Source: Patellaria atrata CBS 101060 (Eukaryota). Taken from it: a DNA stretch of 57,027 bases. Of this stretch, positions 54,690 through 57,027 are shown piece after piece. Position numbers and translations under genes: made by a program. A model generated the notes under the pieces. The model did no database searches, was not told the DNA's origin, and worked only from the letters and a program-made list of their open reading frames with translations. Location of the stretch: the NCBI GenBank assembly GCA_010093705.1, contig MU006102.1, positions 671,993 through 729,019 on the forward strand. Reading direction: 5' to 3'. Position 1 is the first letter of the stretch, and each line of letters opens with the position of its first letter.

Positions 54690-54815
54690 GTACGGCGGCC
54701 TGTGCTTAGTCTGAGCAACAAAACTGTTTTTCCCTCCTGCTCTCTCTTGCTCTTCTCTTCTTCTTTCTTCCTCAGATTGCTAACTTGAGTAAACTTATGC
54801 CAAATTTTTTGACAG
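54690..54815 (+). promoter_or_regulatory. CT-rich tract and possible 5'-UTR intron upstream of the Ser/Pro-rich ORF
   Basis: gtacgg donor-like at 54690, pyrimidine tract ~54727-54773, gctaac branch-like at 54779, acceptor-like cag ending at 54815. Confidence 0.3.
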
Positions 54816-54845
54816 TATACATTTTCTGCCGATAAAGCTTTTGAA

Positions 54846-56986
54846 ATGCACCGTTACAATCTACAACGCCCTTCTGTAAACCCCGCGGTATCGTCTGTTC
54901 AACGTATCTCGAGGATGTCTTCTACGGCATCAAATTCGACCTCTCAGCCTCTGATGCCTCCGATTACGACTCGGGGCCGTGCTCTTTACTCTACTAACAC
55001 TTCTCAGCTTCCGACATCTTCTAGCATAATAAGCCGTCCGTTCCTTCTTATACTTCTGCTAACTCTGCTGCTGCTACTTCTGTTACACCTGCTTTTCACT
55101 CTTTTAGACCTATTACTGCTGCTGCTCGTAACGTTGTTCCTTCTCTTGAATCGGTTCCTGAACCTCCAATTCGTCGCCAGACAATCTGGGGCTCTAAGGC
55201 TCGACCGAATCCTACATGGCTACGAATTATTATGCGGCCCCTCGTAGTTCCTCCACGCCGACCAGCAACCCCCGAAGACTCGATCGATTTAAATTCAATT
55301 CCTCGTCCTGATACTGTACGCGCTCGAGGCCCTTCGGTATATTATTCGATTGATTTGCACTGTAACTCTCATCCTGCGGTTGCGTCCTCTCCTTCTATTG
55401 ATGAATCGCTTGATTTTTACCCTCAACCTCGTCGCATGCTTGCGTCTCGACCTTCATTTAATGATTTTATTGATTTGAACACACCTCGTCGTATGCTGCG
55501 CCCTCGTCCTAGTACGATCGATTATTCGATCGATATTACAGATACCTTGTCTCATTAAAACCATGGGGTCGATGCCTCTGCTCCCAATCCACAGTCATTC
55601 TCTACGAACACGGAATACTTGTCCGCTTCTTGCTATGATGCATTTTCTGAGCACTCCACTCATAATGGAAGCTCATTATTCGTTGATTCATCTTTGCAGC
55701 CAATGGTTAAAGAACCAACTATGGAGCCACTCTTTGAACAGTCTTTTGGAGAACCGGTTGTAGAAACTGGAACTCCTCCTGCCTTCTCTCTGTCCTCTTT
55801 TTCAACGTCCTATTCCGAGCACTCTTCAACGTATATTTCACAGATGCCTTTTTACAGGCAAAGGTGGTATAGCGCCGTCCCTCCTGATGAGGTCTCTTAT
55901 TCAGAGAATACATCACGTCTAGATCCTCTTAAAGGCTAGACCGATACATTCATTTCTAATTCTTCATCTGACATTCCTTCAAATGTTCGGTCTCACGCCC
56001 CTTCTGGTATCATCTCTCCTGGTAGCTCGTTCGATCGCTCTTCCGATTCTTCTTTCGTTTCTCGTGGTTCCGGTCCATCACTCGTTTCTCGTGGTGCCCG
56101 TCTTTCTCGTTTCACTTCTCGCGCGTCGGCTAGTACATCTTCCGAGGTTGCCAGATCTTCTCTCGTTTCTGGTTCTTCTAGTCCTTCCCTTGTTTCCTGC
56201 GGTTCCGGTCCATCTCTCGTTTCCCGTATTTCTCGGCCCTCTCGTTTTACTTCTCGAGGTACTGGTTCTGGTCCTGCTGGTATTGTCGACCCTGGTAGCT
56301 CCTTCTCAGCAGATTTATTCGTTGCATCTAGCAAACCGACACTCGCTCCTTATTGTGATGGCGCTTCTGGTGTCGTTGGTTCTGGTAGTTCTTTCTCTGA
56401 CTCTTCGTTCTGTCCTTCTATTAAACCATCAGTCGCTCCTTCACGGCCTGTTTCTGCAGTTGCTTCGGTGATCGCTCAGCCAGTTGCTCTTTCTGCAGTT
56501 AAGTATGCAATCAATACTTTGTGTGGTGTATCTCCTAGTGCTCCAACTGTACCCGGCCCTTCCCAGCCAACACTCGCTCCTTACTGTGACGGTCCTTCTG
56601 GTATCGACGATCCTAGTAGCTCCTTCTCAGCTGATTTATTCGTTATACCTAACCACCCATCGCTCGCTCCTTACTGCGATGATCCTTCTGGTATTGTTGA
56701 TCCTGGTAGCTCTTTCTCTGCGTCTTCGTTCTGTGCTCCTGTCAAACCGCCCGCCGCTCCTTCACGCCCTGTTTCCACGGTTGCTTCCTCAATTGCTCAG
56801 CCGGTCACTCTTTCTGCTGTCAAATCGGCACTCGGCACTCTATCCGGCGTTCATTTAGAACCCGTTACTGCTCCATCCACTCCTTTAACAGTTAAGCCGG
56901 CCTTCTGTTCTTTGAATGTACAACGGCCAGTTACTGTCAGATTTGTGATGCACAAATCGATGGGGGGATATCGCTTGATTGTTTAA
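54846..56986 (+). pseudogene. Disrupted gene for a ~710-aa Ser/Pro-rich low-complexity repeat protein of unknown function
   Basis: Track ORFs 55232, 55619 and 56468 share one frame that is open from 55025 to 56986 except TAA at 55556 and TAG at 55937; the ATG 54846 ORF joins it by a frameshift near 55025; internal repeats have codon-multiple periods. Confidence 0.55.
56276..56840 (+). repeat. Diverged 321-bp tandem duplication containing 90-bp subrepeats
   Basis: GIVDPGSSFS-type units at 56279, 56369, 56600 and 56690; PSRPVS.VAS.IAQPV.LSAVK at 56438 and 56759. Confidence 0.8.
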
Positions 56987-57027
56987 TGACTGTTCTAACG
57001 AGCGTTTAAATACATGAGAACATGCAG

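Noticed and set aside
55030..56858. Leu/Val-rich 'membrane' ORFs (tail of 54846..55247, 55983..56471, 56484..56858) and the antisense ORF 55993..56334
   Set aside because: They are alternative-frame readings of TCT/CCT/GCT-rich Ser/Pro/Ala codons of the main frame.

Overview
This is fungal (filamentous ascomycete-type) genomic DNA. Bases 1-~52980 are a heterochromatin-like nest of transposons degraded by repeat-induced point mutation (RIP: CpA/TpG depleted, TpA enriched, near-pure A/T from ~31.8 to 53 kb). I resolve three Ty3/Gypsy chromovirus families, labelled here A (262-272 bp LTR), B (198 bp LTR) and C (~470-635 bp LTR). There are also two Fot1/pogo-like DNA transposon families, D and E. 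Nesting can be read from LTR ends and 5-bp target-site duplications (TSDs): C hosts B, B hosts a full A element and an A solo LTR, D hosts C, and C hosts E. Only the RT-RNaseH-integrase-chromodomain half of one A copy (~19.8-22.9 kb) is nearly intact. The most interesting feature is an extra antisense ORF between pol and the 3' LTR of family C, present in three copies. After mentally reversing RIP it encodes an exact C-x2-C-x6-C-x8-C-x2-C-x6-C Zn(II)2Cys6-like motif, a coiled coil and a Ser/acidic tail. It starts next to a variable repeat array in the LTR and is a candidate element-encoded transcription regulator. After a sharp boundary at ~53.1 kb the DNA has balanced GC and contains one disrupted, internally repetitive Ser/Pro-rich ORF (54846-56986). 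All de-RIPed translations are manual inferences and no database searches were run.
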